From an uncultured Alphaproteobacteria bacterium (GTDB lineage Bacteria > Pseudomonadota > Alphaproteobacteria > RF32 > CAG-239), in assembly GCA_910580155.1 (NCBI GenBank), contig CAJTWX010000001.1, positions 1-61,634 of the forward strand: DNA of 61,634 nucleotides. The letters run 5' to 3'. Of the stretch, positions 1 through 9,418 are shown in pieces (the first letter of the stretch is position 1; each line of letters begins with the position of its first letter). A program made the translations under genes and the position numbers. The notes under the pieces were generated by a model. It had not been told where the DNA came from and ran no database searches. It worked only from the letters and a program-made list of their open reading frames with translations.

Positions 1-2
1 AA

Positions 3-935
3 GCAGCCCAACAAATCCTCGAATCAACCAACCACAAAAAGAACATCTACGACACGCTGCAGCTTATCGCCTCCCTTCCCCAAGAAGAACAAACTCAATA
101 CAAAGAAATAATCCTTTCCACCTTCGACCATCGCGAACAACCGACCGACACCATCCTCCTCGGCAAAAAACTCGCCGCATCCCACAGTTTTGAGAATGAA
201 CTCAACACCCTCCTCAATATTACTCCCGTATATGTCTCTGCGGCAATCCAACCCAAAAATGTCATCACCTGTTCTGACGAAAATCCAAACCTGGCCGATT
301 TCCCCGAGGATGCTGTTATTATCTTCGCAAACGACAAAGTTGATTTATCCGGTATGCTCAAATGCGGTAGTGATAATGCCCCGCTAAAATCAGTCAAATT
401 CAAAGAAGGAACAAAATTAAATTTATCCAATAATGAATGCCTTCCCGAAAATCTAGATGTTTATATTTTAAAATGCGATGAAGTGGATTTGTCACATTCC
501 GCATTACGTTATTATCACAGTGGCGCTACGCAATATTTCCAATACTCCTTACTTACATTCAAAGAGGGAAGTCGCGTGAACCTGCAGGATTGCCGTCTGT
601 TATCTCAGAAATTAGATGTTTCAAAATGTGCTGATGTCAATTTAAGTAATACTGATTTATCTAGAATAAACACTATCGTATGCAGTGGCAATGCCAATTT
701 TGAAAACGCCACACTCCCCGCCTGTAAGCTGGATATTTCTAAATGCGATACAGTTAATCTCAAAAACTTAAAAGTATCACCTTATAACCAAGCCCCCAAC
801 ATCGTCTTTAAAAACAAACAACAACTGAAAGAAAGCGGTTTTACCGCCCCCGACGAATGGCACGGCAAAATCCAATACGTCGACAACCACAGTTCCCCCA
901 TCAGCCAAAAGCTGAGGAATTTTTTCGGCCGCTAA
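3..935 (+). CDS. C-terminal part of a larger repeat protein (LRR-like Leu/Asn/Cys repeats); 5' end lies outside the window
   Basis: Frame 3 is open from nt 3 to the TAA at 933-935, so track ORF 354..935 is only the part after an internal Met. Repeats such as LDVSKCADVNLSNTDLS and LDISKCDTVNLKNLKV resemble the repeat region of the 944-aa protein at 41178..44012. Confidence 0.6.
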   Translation, partial: AAQQILESTNHKKNIYDTLQLIASLPQEEQTQYKEIILSTFDHREQPTDTILLGKKLAASHSFENELNTLLNITPVYVSAAIQPKNVITCSDENPNLADFPEDAVIIFANDKVDLSGMLKCGSDNAPLKSVKFKEGTKLNLSNNECLPENLDVYILKCDEVDLSHSALRYYHSGATQYFQYSLLTFKEGSRVNLQDCRLLSQKLDVSKCADVNLSNTDLSRINTIVCSGNANFENATLPACKLDISKCDTVNLKNLKVSPYNQAPNIVFKNKQQLKESGFTAPDEWHGKIQYVDNHSSPISQKLRNFFGR

Positions 936-940
936 AAAAA

Positions 941-975
941 TCCCCCTCTTAAAAAGGGGGATAATTGTTTTTTTG
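941..975. terminator. Rho-independent terminator between convergent genes
   Basis: Stem tccccct (941-947) pairs with aggggga (955-961). A T-rich run (ttgttttttt) follows, and A-rich sequence lies on the left. Confidence 0.6.
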
Positions 976-988
976 CCCAAAAACACGC

Positions 989-2257
989 TTAATGATTGCG
1001 TAAAAGCTCTTTCACTTCGTCATAGCTCGGATATTTGCTCCCGTCACAGCCGAGCAAAGTATAAGTCGGCGTAGTGCGGAAAATCTTTTGTGCAAGTGTC
1101 TGCAAATCGTCTTTGGTGATGCTTTCAATGCGCGCAACAATCTCATCAGTCGGAATCACGCGTTTGAACAAAAGCATCTGTCGGGCAATAATCTCTGCTG
1201 TGGTTGACGAACTCTCCAAAGACATCAGCAAACTCGCCTTAATCTGCGTTTTTGCGCGGTTAAGTTCCACGTCTTTGACCGGTTCGTTCATCATCTTTTT
1301 AATCTCGTCTGTCACCACCGGCAAAAGCTCGTGAAGTTCTTTTGGCGTTGTACCGGCATAAATGCCAAATACACCAGTGTGTTCCAGCGCTTGGTTAAAG
1401 CTGTTAATAGTGTAAACAAGCCCTCTCTTTTCGCGGATTTCCTGAAACAGTCGTGAAGACATTCCGCCGCCGAATATCGTAGATAAAACCGAATACTGGT
1501 AATAATCTTTATCTTTGTACGAAGCTCCCTCAAACCCGAGCACCAAATGCGTCTGCTCGATTTTTTTGCACTCCAGCCTGCTGCCACCTGCATAAACCTG
1601 TTTGTCTGCCTTAAAATCACACTTCGGTGCCACAGAACTCATCCGCTCTTTAATCATCCGCACAAACGCCTCGTGGTCAACCTTGCCCACAGCCGCCACT
1701 ACCATATTATCAGCAGTATAGTGCGTATGCATATAGTTATGCATTTCTTCTTTGGTAAAACCGCGAACTAACTCAGGCGTGCCGAGAATTGTGCGCCCCG
1801 AAGCCTGATTCGGGAAAGCAGCCTCTTGAAAATAGTCAAAAACCAAATCATCCGGTGCGTCTACAGATTGTTTAATCTCTTGCACCACGACTTCTTTTTC
1901 TTTCACCATCTCCGCTTCGTCAAATGTCGGGCTGGTAATAAAGTCGCACAACACATCTGCCGCCAGTTCCACATCGCCTTTAAGCATTTTGGCATAAAAG
2001 CAGGTGAAATGTCTGGACGTATAGGCGTTTGTTGCCCCGCCGACATTTTCAATGTCTTCCGAAATTTGTAGAGAGTTTCTTTTTTTCGTTCCCTTAAAGA
2101 CCATATGCTCAATAAAATGGGAAATGCCGTTTTCGTTTTTGCTCTCGGCAGCCGAACCGGTGTTTACCCAAATCCCTAAAGAAACTGTTTCAATTTGCGG
2201 CCTTTCTGCAGTTATAATGCGAAGCCCGTTGTCAAGTGTTGTCTGTCTGATTTCCAT
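989..2257 (-). CDS. M16 (pitrilysin) family zinc peptidase
   Basis: 422-aa ORF with the inverted zinc motif HxxEH (HFIEHMVFKGT) near the N-terminus. Length and layout are typical of bacterial processing-peptidase-like M16B proteins. Confidence 0.85.
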   Translation of the reverse strand: MEIRQTTLDNGLRIITAERPQIETVSLGIWVNTGSAAESKNENGISHFIEHMVFKGTKKRNSLQISEDIENVGGATNAYTSRHFTCFYAKMLKGDVELAADVLCDFITSPTFDEAEMVKEKEVVVQEIKQSVDAPDDLVFDYFQEAAFPNQASGRTILGTPELVRGFTKEEMHNYMHTHYTADNMVVAAVGKVDHEAFVRMIKERMSSVAPKCDFKADKQVYAGGSRLECKKIEQTHLVLGFEGASYKDKDYYQYSVLSTIFGGGMSSRLFQEIREKRGLVYTINSFNQALEHTGVFGIYAGTTPKELHELLPVVTDEIKKMMNEPVKDVELNRAKTQIKASLLMSLESSSTTAEIIARQMLLFKRVIPTDEIVARIESITKDDLQTLAQKIFRTTPTYTLLGCDGSKYPSYDEVKELLRNH

Positions 2258-2442
2258 CTTACCCGATTTTCATAAAAAAGTGTTTAAAATCAAAATTATA
2301 CCTAGTTATTAAAATGTGTATGCAAATAAATCAACAAATTTATTTATACACATCTTAAATATACACGCAGACCCTTAAAATTTTTTTAATTTTATTTATT
2401 TATATAAGAATAAAATCATTTTTTTAAATAAGGAGAACAAAA

Positions 2443-3108
2443 ATGAAGAAAATGCCCCGTTTTGCCGTAGTTTTGTCTGGTTCCGGCCGTGCCGACGGTT
2501 CGGAAATCCACGAGAGTGTATCCGCCCTGTTGGCCATAGACCGCGCCGGCTGCACATACCAGTGTTTTGCCCCAAATGTGGAACAGGCTGCGGTAATCAA
2601 TAATATGACATCCGAAAAAATGGATGAAAAGCGTAATGTTTTGGTCGAGTCTGCACGAATTGCCCGCGGAGAGATTAAAGACCTGCGCGAGTTTAACGCC
2701 AAAGATTTTGAATGTGTCATTTTCCCCGGAGGATTAGGCGCTGTCACCAATTGGTGTGACTTTGCTAAAAATGGTGTTGCCTGCACGGTGGAAAGCTCTG
2801 TCAGTCGTGTGTTGAACGAAGCATATGACAACGGCTTGGTTATCGGGGCAATGTGCATAGCGCCCGTTATTGTGGCTAAAGCTCTGGGCAGACACGGAAT
2901 AACCGTTACTATCGGCAATGATAAAACCGTTGCCGGCAAAATTGAACAAACCGGAGCAAAACACCAAAATACCAAAGTTTCTGATGCCTGTGTTGATGAA
3001 GAAAACCGGATTGTCACCACGCCTGCCTATATGCTCGCCACATCGGTTAAAGAAGTTTTTGCCGGCGCAGAAGCAATGGTAAAGGAAATGCTCCGTCTCG
3101 CACAATAA
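2443..3108 (+). CDS. elbB: DJ-1/PfpI-fold glyoxalase ElbB
   Basis: 221 aa with an AAGGAG RBS upstream. The N-terminus FAVVLSGSGRADGSEIHESV, then FPGGLGA, MCIAP and IVTTPAYML, match E. coli ElbB along its length. Confidence 0.85.
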   Translation: MKKMPRFAVVLSGSGRADGSEIHESVSALLAIDRAGCTYQCFAPNVEQAAVINNMTSEKMDEKRNVLVESARIARGEIKDLREFNAKDFECVIFPGGLGAVTNWCDFAKNGVACTVESSVSRVLNEAYDNGLVIGAMCIAPVIVAKALGRHGITVTIGNDKTVAGKIEQTGAKHQNTKVSDACVDEENRIVTTPAYMLATSVKEVFAGAEAMVKEMLRLAQ

Positions 3109-3115
3109 ACACTTG

Positions 3116-3144
3116 TTGACAAACATTGGTTTTCATAGTAAAAT
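3116..3144 (+). promoter_or_regulatory. sigma70-like promoter for the 3180 gene
   Basis: TTGACA (3116-3121), a 17-nt spacer, then TAAAAT (3139-3144). It lies about 35 nt upstream of the ATG at 3180. Confidence 0.5.
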
Positions 3145-3179
3145 ACTCTCATGCAAACTATTAGTATGGGAGTATTGCT

Positions 3180-4889
3180 ATGTCTGTCAAAGAAGAAATA
3201 AAAAAACAACGCGCCGGCAAATCGGAACGGATTACAGCACCAAAGCGCACCATAGACTTTCAGGTCGATACCCTGCAAACTGCTCCCGATAATAATTTTG
3301 CAGCGTATATGAGCTTTGACAGAAATTCTATTACCGAGAATTATGTTGTGGGGGAAGATAATTCATTTAACCAAAGCTCATCCACAAAAGCACACGAACA
3401 AAAACACCGTGATAACAATATTGCCGGTTTAAAAACTCTGCCGATGAGCTTGGAGCAGTATTACAAGGTCTGTTGCCACGATGAAATTAGTGCCACAATA
3501 TGCGAATTGCTGCAGCTTCGGCAGGAATATATTGACGCCCCAACGGCAGAAGCCCGTAAAAAACTGATGGCTGATAACCCGAAGTTTGATTATTATTTTG
3601 ATTATATAAAGGAAGGAGAAATCAATCCGTTGTCAAACGATGCCGCATCATTTGAAAAGGAAATGAAGATTATTGCCATAGAAACAAATACCTATTGGAT
3701 GATGGATCATGCGAGACAATATGATAAGACCGCGCATACATCAATGACATTATGGTTCTTTAACAAGCATAGTTATGATGAGTTGCGTCCCAACAACGTT
3801 AATTATGCCAAAGCGCGTAAAATTGCATACACCATCGGCGGTATAGACTTTTCAAAATATATGGATGACATAAAATGCATTAACCCGAATATGAAAACGG
3901 CAGATAAGCAAATAGCGGCAAATAAGCCGAGAAACGTAATAGAAAGCACATTAAAGCCAATAAATACATATATGGATGAAGAAAATTTTGTATATGATTT
4001 TAAAAAAGTTGAGTTCAAACCTATAGAAGGGTTAAGCCCCTCTCAACAATATCGCTTGGCCCAACATCAATTGTTTGTGGCTAATATGGTTAATCAATAC
4101 CAGTTTATGTTTGACGATGATATAAGAGAAACAATAAAAAAAGGAAAAATGTTGAATTATGATGAAACTGTTGAATTTACAATTAAAAATATACAGAATA
4201 TTAAACAAAAGTATCCGCAATTTCAGGCCAAATGGGCAGCCTTCGAAAAACAAATTGCAGCAGAAATTGCCGACAATCATAATTCCACCCTCTTTCTGGA
4301 AAAGGGAAACGATAAAAAATATCAGGAAGAACTTGCCAAAATCTATACGGTAAACGGGATAAATCTGCGCCAATTTTATAAAGGCAATGTTGAAAAGCTG
4401 ATACCGAATAATATACCGGAAAGCATAAAAGCCGTGGAAAACAGCAGCTGGTATTCTCGTTTGGGTAATAAATGCAGTAATGCGTATGATGCGGTTACAT
4501 CAATGTTTTCTTCAAAAGAAAACCCCAAAGAGGAAACGGAAGAGGGTAAAAAAGCCAAATGGAAAGACGATAGATACACAGGAACGCCCAAATATCCGGA
4601 ATGGTCGCCGGATAAACGCGTTTCTCCGGTGCAATATGCCGAAATTTATGACTTCACACAGCCGTTTTTAGCCGAGCAGCTGCAATCTCTTCAGCAAAAA
4701 GAACAAATTGCGCAAAATAAAGTAAATGAAACCAAAATGGTGCAAGGCGTTCGAAAGAGGCAGCAGCAAAAACCTGATGATGTATATGCGAAAAAAGCTC
4801 CTGTTCAAAAAAAGGCCGAATTTAAAGGCAAAGAATCAGACACTTGGACAGCGGTAAAAAATTGGTGGAATGAAACCTTCGGTCGCTGA
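3180..4889 (+). CDS. Hypothetical 569-aa protein with an HExxH motif and a Lys/Glu-rich C-terminal tail
   Basis: Long uninterrupted ORF with HEQKH at nt 3393-3407. I recognise no family. There is no obvious signal peptide, and the C-terminal ~110 aa are rich in K, E and Q. Confidence 0.75.
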   Translation: MSVKEEIKKQRAGKSERITAPKRTIDFQVDTLQTAPDNNFAAYMSFDRNSITENYVVGEDNSFNQSSSTKAHEQKHRDNNIAGLKTLPMSLEQYYKVCCHDEISATICELLQLRQEYIDAPTAEARKKLMADNPKFDYYFDYIKEGEINPLSNDAASFEKEMKIIAIETNTYWMMDHARQYDKTAHTSMTLWFFNKHSYDELRPNNVNYAKARKIAYTIGGIDFSKYMDDIKCINPNMKTADKQIAANKPRNVIESTLKPINTYMDEENFVYDFKKVEFKPIEGLSPSQQYRLAQHQLFVANMVNQYQFMFDDDIRETIKKGKMLNYDETVEFTIKNIQNIKQKYPQFQAKWAAFEKQIAAEIADNHNSTLFLEKGNDKKYQEELAKIYTVNGINLRQFYKGNVEKLIPNNIPESIKAVENSSWYSRLGNKCSNAYDAVTSMFSSKENPKEETEEGKKAKWKDDRYTGTPKYPEWSPDKRVSPVQYAEIYDFTQPFLAEQLQSLQQKEQIAQNKVNETKMVQGVRKRQQQKPDDVYAKKAPVQKKAEFKGKESDTWTAVKNWWNETFGR

Positions 4890-4901
4890 TAAACTATCCT
4901 C

Positions 4902-4930
4902 TTGACAAAATCTCCATCGTAGCCTATACC
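4902..4930 (+). promoter_or_regulatory. sigma70-like promoter for hydG
   Basis: TTGACA (4902-4907), a 17-nt spacer, then TATACC (4925-4930). Confidence 0.4.
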
Positions 4931-4968
4931 AAGACTCCTAAAAATAATCATTTAAATATATTTATGTT

Positions 4969-6381
4969 ATGGAACACTACGATGTAATGTCCGCTAAAGC
5001 CGCAGGCTTTATGGCACAAGGAAAAATCGAGCATATCTTAAAGCTCGCCCGGGATTACAGCCAAGACCACGAGTTGGTCGAGGGGCTTCTCGGACTGGCC
5101 GAAGAAATGCAGGGGCTGCCCGCAATGGCTGCCGCAACACTGTTGCTGAACAAAGATAAAGACATCACCGACCGTATCTTTGCGCTGGCCGAAAAGGTCA
5201 AAAACGCATACTACGGCAACCGGATTGTCTTGTTCGCACCGCTTTATTTGAGCAACTATTGTGTCAACGGCTGCACCTATTGCCCGTATCATCGGCAAAA
5301 CGTGCACATCCCGCGCAAAAAAATGACGCAGGAGGAAATCAAAGCCGAGGTGATTGCCCTGCAGGATATGGGGCATAAGCGCCTTGCGCTGGAGGCCGGT
5401 GAAGACCCTGTTCATAATCCGCTGGACTACATTCTTGAGAGTATCGACACCATTTACGGCATCCGTCACAAATCCGGCGTTATCCGCCGTGTAAATGTGA
5501 ACATTGCCGCCACCACGGTAGAAAACTATCGCCGGCTGCATGATGCCAAAATCGGAACGTATATCCTCTTTCAGGAAACGTATAACCAAAAGGAATACGA
5601 ACGCCTGCACCCCAAAGGGCCGAAGTCTGATTATGCCTATCATACCGAGGCAATGGACAGGGCAATGCAGGGCGGAATTGAAGATGTCGGATTGGGCGTT
5701 TTGTTCGGGTTGAACAACTATGCTTACGAACTCATTGGGCTGCTGTTGCATGCCGACCACCTCGAAAAAGTTTACGGGGCAGGGCCGCACACCATCAGCG
5801 TGCCGCGTTTGCGTCCGGCAGATGGTATCAATACGGCAGATTTCAGCAATGCGTTGCCGGATGATATGTTCTTAAAGATTATCGCACTTTTACGTTTGGC
5901 TGTGCCATACACGGGGCTGATAATCTCTACCCGCGAACCGGAGTATATCCGCGAGGCGGCGCTGCACTTGGGCATATCGCAAATAAGCGGCGGCTCAAAA
6001 ACTTCTGTCGGTGGATATACGCATAACGCAGAGGATACCGCGCAGTTTGAAATTGCTGATAACCGCACGCTTGACGAGGTGATAAACTGGCTCATCCGCA
6101 CCGGCCATTTGCCGAGTTTCTGCACCGCTTGTTACGGCAGCGGCCGGCAGGGCAGGGATTTTATGGAAATCTGCAAACAAAAGCAAATCCATAAATTTTG
6201 CTCGCCGAATGCATTGCTGACCTTAAACGAGTACCTGCAGAATTATGCCTCGCCCGAAACAAAAGCATTAGGGCAGGAGGTCATAAAGAACGAGCTTGCC
6301 CGCCCGATGTCAGACCACCGCCGCCAAATGCTCGAACTTCGCCTGCAGGAGGCCGCCCGCGGCAACGTCCGCTTTTTCTAA
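4969..6381 (+). CDS. hydG: [FeFe]-hydrogenase maturase HydG (radical SAM tyrosine lyase)
   Basis: 470 aa with the radical-SAM cluster motif CVNGCTYCPY. The C-terminal CTAC-X22-C (CX2CX22C) distinguishes HydG from the shorter ThiH. Confidence 0.85.
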   Translation: MEHYDVMSAKAAGFMAQGKIEHILKLARDYSQDHELVEGLLGLAEEMQGLPAMAAATLLLNKDKDITDRIFALAEKVKNAYYGNRIVLFAPLYLSNYCVNGCTYCPYHRQNVHIPRKKMTQEEIKAEVIALQDMGHKRLALEAGEDPVHNPLDYILESIDTIYGIRHKSGVIRRVNVNIAATTVENYRRLHDAKIGTYILFQETYNQKEYERLHPKGPKSDYAYHTEAMDRAMQGGIEDVGLGVLFGLNNYAYELIGLLLHADHLEKVYGAGPHTISVPRLRPADGINTADFSNALPDDMFLKIIALLRLAVPYTGLIISTREPEYIREAALHLGISQISGGSKTSVGGYTHNAEDTAQFEIADNRTLDEVINWLIRTGHLPSFCTACYGSGRQGRDFMEICKQKQIHKFCSPNALLTLNEYLQNYASPETKALGQEVIKNELARPMSDHRRQMLELRLQEAARGNVRFF

Positions 6382-6468
6382 ACCAAATCCCCGCACCATA
6401 CAAGGTACGGGGATTTCTTTTTCCCTTTTTTTTTCACGAGCTATTGTAAGTTTTCTTTCTCCTCACGC

Positions 6469-6579
6469 GTCATTGCGAGGCAATTTGTTGCTGAGGCAAT
6501 CTTCCTCTTTTAGTAGTCATTGCAAGGACGCCATTTTTTTCGTGAGTCATTGCGAGGAGCTTTAGCGACGTGGCAATCT
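6469..6579. repeat. Three tandemly arranged copies of the dispersed REP-like element GTCATTGCGAGG...GGCAATCT
   Basis: Copies lie at 6469-6502, 6516-6535 (truncated) and 6546-6579. The same element recurs at about 36.3-36.5 kb, 44.0 kb, 54.1 kb and 55.8 kb. Confidence 0.8.
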
Positions 6580-6752
6580 CAATCAACAACCCCCCCCCTA
6601 CGAAGCAGGAGGAGGATGGGGAAGGGGATAGCATTCCATCCATATTTTTTTAATAATATATTCTATAAAAAAAACAACTTGACAAAAAAGTAAAATTATG
6701 ATAAAAATGACAAAATCAAAATAGAATTATGTAAAATTAAAAACAAATAATT

Positions 6753-7517
6753 ATGAAATTGAAAGAAAAAATTCAAGAAAGCCTTGTAAAGTATGCAGGC
6801 GCTTGGCAGTTCAAGAAGTATGTCGAGAAAAACCGTCTCGAAGACAACATCGTCAACAGCCTCATCCGTGAGCATCGTGACGAGTATTTGCTTTTCTATA
6901 TGAAACAGCACTCGCTCTCCACCAGCCAGATTAGTGAAATTCTGATGCGCGATAAGGTAGATGAAGTAATGCTTGCAGCCGTCAGAGCCTACACTCTCAC
7001 AAACCGCCAGCAGGAAACACTTGTTGAGAAAAACAATGCTCTTCTTCTTGAGGCTTACTTAAGCCCCAAAGGTTTCTTTGAAACTTCCCGCCGCTTTTCA
7101 ACCCTTGCCGAATACAAATTTATATACGGTATGGTCAAAAGCCAAAAGCTCACCGGTGCAGAAATATTCAAGACTTATGTCGACAATTTCTACCGCACGC
7201 TCCTGACAGATGATTTGGTGAAGTTACTCATCGAAAATGAGAACACTTATCCCGCCAAATACATTCTTCACAGAGCAAAGCTGAAAAGGGAATGGGAAGA
7301 AATGTTCGTCAACACAGCGTCGGAAGATATGATAAAAGATTATATCAACGACCACGACTTCGGGCTGGACGCCTCGCAAATGGCTCTTATCGAAAAGCAT
7401 TTCCCCCTTGCGCGGATATACTACGATAAGTACAAATTTCGCCCCGTGCCGCAGCAGCTCTATCACGAGCGCCGCCAAGAGGAAGCCGGACGGAAAAAAT
7501 CGGAAACAGAAACCTGA
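6753..7517 (+). CDS. Hypothetical protein (254 aa, predicted helical)
   Basis: Clean ORF followed by a strong terminator. No family recognised. Confidence 0.7.
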   Translation: MKLKEKIQESLVKYAGAWQFKKYVEKNRLEDNIVNSLIREHRDEYLLFYMKQHSLSTSQISEILMRDKVDEVMLAAVRAYTLTNRQQETLVEKNNALLLEAYLSPKGFFETSRRFSTLAEYKFIYGMVKSQKLTGAEIFKTYVDNFYRTLLTDDLVKLLIENENTYPAKYILHRAKLKREWEEMFVNTASEDMIKDYINDHDFGLDASQMALIEKHFPLARIYYDKYKFRPVPQQLYHERRQEEAGRKKSETET

Positions 7518-7533
7518 TTTGTTCCATAATGAT

Positions 7534-7575
7534 AAGCCCCGTCTAATGTAATTAAACATTAGACGGGGCTTTTTA
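7534..7575 (+). terminator. Rho-independent terminator
   Basis: A 15-bp perfect stem, aagccccgtctaatg (7534-7548) pairing with cattagacggggctt (7557-7571), followed by a T run. Confidence 0.85.
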
Positions 7576-7597
7576 ATTTGCAAAAAGAAAATAGTTC

Positions 7598-7635
7598 TGA
7601 AAAAACACCCCTGTTCTCAAGCGAGAACAGGGGTG
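7598..7635 (-). terminator. Rho-independent terminator for the minus-strand gene 7714..8106
   Basis: A 13-bp stem, cacccctgttctc (7606-7618) pairing with gagaacaggggtg (7623-7635). The A run at 7600-7605 is a T run on the minus strand. Confidence 0.8.
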
Positions 7636-7713
7636 TTGGTTTTAGGGAATTTGCTGATGATTTTTTGGGGAGAAACCACCTTGCAGTTCGTCCCGTTCCG
7701 ATGTTTTCATACA

Positions 7714-8106
7714 CTATCGTTTAATAATGTTTTTGCCGAAATGTCCGATAAGCACGGCGCAGCTGATAACCACGGTTGAGCCTACGGAAGATTTGAACAA
7801 AAAGGAATCGTCATCTTTGTTATAGAAAACGATGGCAGGGTACAAATCTTGCTTAAATCCTTTAACGTGCATATTGGTTTTAACATCGCCGCAGGAAAGG
7901 GAAATATATTCCTTTTCTCCCAAGATGGCAACAATCGGCGTGATGTTGACATCACCTTCGCAGGTATGTGTCTCAGCAATTGCGAAGAGCAAACTTTTTC
8001 CGGTTAAACCGAAAAAATCAGTCAGGTGTTTTCTTGAAATCTGCGGGTAAACAGCGTGAGGAGCAACAGCTTTGCTGTTCTTGCCTCTGTTTTTCTCTTT
8101 TTCCAT
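7714..8106 (-). CDS. Hypothetical protein (130 aa)
   Basis: ORF followed by its own terminator. No family recognised. Confidence 0.6.
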   Translation of the reverse strand: MEKEKNRGKNSKAVAPHAVYPQISRKHLTDFFGLTGKSLLFAIAETHTCEGDVNITPIVAILGEKEYISLSCGDVKTNMHVKGFKQDLYPAIVFYNKDDDSFLFKSSVGSTVVISCAVLIGHFGKNIIKR

Positions 8107-8267
8107 AAGTCTATATAAATTATAAAATGTTGCTCTTCTTATAACATAAAAAAATTATATATGCAAGCATTATTTTGTCTAAAATATACGCGCCGGCTTT
8201 AAGCTTTTGTTTACGATGTTTATATAACATACCAGTAAACAGAATCAAAAATGAAAAGGAAATGAAA

Positions 8268-8627
8268 ATGAAACGCATCTTTACCGCTTTAATGCTTGCC
8301 GTTACATTGTTTTTAGGCGGCTGCAATGAAGAAAAAACACCGGCAAACCGAATTTATGTATTCTCCCAGTCCGGCTGTGGCCATTGCGACCACGCCCGTG
8401 CTTATATGGAACGCTATTATCAGGGCTACGATATCAAAGAGTTAAATATACGCGAAGGCAATAATATGGGCTATCTGCAGCGTAGCGCCCGCAGATTTAA
8501 AGTTCCGGCAGATACTTTGGGAACACCATTTATCGTGATGGGTGATCATTATATTATGGGGTGGGGAACAGAGCAGCAAAAACAGTTTAATCGCTATGCC
8601 AAGGAATTCAAACCCGTCGGCAAATAA
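8268..8627 (+). CDS. Thioredoxin/glutaredoxin-fold lipoprotein with a CxxC motif
   Basis: Start refined to the ATG at 8268 (AAGGA RBS about 7 nt upstream). Signal peptide with lipobox LFLGGC, and redox motif SGCGHCDHA. It is a paralog of 39446..39874. Confidence 0.7.
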   Translation: MKRIFTALMLAVTLFLGGCNEEKTPANRIYVFSQSGCGHCDHARAYMERYYQGYDIKELNIREGNNMGYLQRSARRFKVPADTLGTPFIVMGDHYIMGWGTEQQKQFNRYAKEFKPVGK

Positions 8628-8641
8628 GCCGCAACAAAGAA

Positions 8642-8676
8642 AACAGCATCCGCAAAATCGAATGCTGTTTTTTTAT
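8642..8676 (+). terminator. Rho-independent terminator
   Basis: Stem aacagcat (8642-8649) pairs with atgctgtt (8662-8669), followed by a T run. Confidence 0.7.
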
Positions 8677-8698
8677 GCTTTGAATACGATAACGTATT

Positions 8699-9241
8699 TT
8701 AGTTTTTAGAAAAATATCTTTTCAACAAACCGTCAAAACCTCTGCCGTGGCGGGCTTCGTCTTTGGCCATCTCGTGCACACTGTCGTGAATGGCGTCATA
8801 GCCAAGCTCTTTGGCAAGCTTTGCAATCATCATTTTGCCGTCGCAGGCACCAAATTCGGCAGCCGCACGCATTTCAACATTTTTCTTGGTCGAGTCTGTT
8901 ACCACTTCGCCCAACATCTCGGCAAAACGGGAAGCGTGATCCGCTTCTTCAAAAGCATAGCGTTTGAAAGCTTCGGCAATTTCCGGATATCCCTCGCGGT
9001 CAGCCTGTCTGCTCATCGCCAGATACATCCCCACCTCGCAGCATTCGCCGGTAAAGTTTTCGCGCAAACCGGCAACCACACGTTCGTCCAATCCTTTGGC
9101 AACGCCGATTCTGTGTTCATCGGCATAAGCTTTGTTTTCATCCATCGGCTTAAAGGTTTTTGCGCCGCAAACAGGGCATACTTCGGGCATTTCGTCACTG
9201 TCAATAACTTGTCCGCAAACAGTACAAATATATTTCATCAA
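8699..9241 (-). CDS. rbr: Reverse rubrerythrin (N-terminal rubredoxin domain + ferritin-like diiron domain)
   Basis: N-terminal CTVCG...CPVCG rubredoxin-type Cys pairs. Two ExxH diiron motifs follow ([19 protein letters not shown]). Confidence 0.85.
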   Translation of the reverse strand: MMKYICTVCGQVIDSDEMPEVCPVCGAKTFKPMDENKAYADEHRIGVAKGLDERVVAGLRENFTGECCEVGMYLAMSRQADREGYPEIAEAFKRYAFEEADHASRFAEMLGEVVTDSTKKNVEMRAAAEFGACDGKMMIAKLAKELGYDAIHDSVHEMAKDEARHGRGFDGLLKRYFSKN

Positions 9242-9418
9242 AAAGTCCTTTCATACAAAAATTTAACATTCGGATTTTATTTAAGGATATTTTAACGCAA
9301 AGTCAAATGAAATTCTGTGTAAATAAAAAGTTTTATCTTTGCAAAGCATAAAGTTGTTGCTAACATCTGCTTAAACCCGCCACATTGCGGGAAATGTTAA
9401 ATCTATGGGAGATAATCT

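Noticed and set aside
6198-6565. ORFs 6198..6449 and 6296..6565 spanning the hydG 3' end and the repeat region
   Set aside because: They overlap hydG out of frame and then run through REP-like elements. Their Pro/Arg/Ser-rich translations are characteristic of spurious ORFs created by repeats.
7606-7635. GTTC...GAAC in cacccctgttctcaagcgagaacaggggtg as a possible LexA box
   Set aside because: It is an inverted rather than a direct repeat. It forms a perfect 13-bp hairpin followed by a T run on the minus strand, so it is a terminator rather than an SOS operator.
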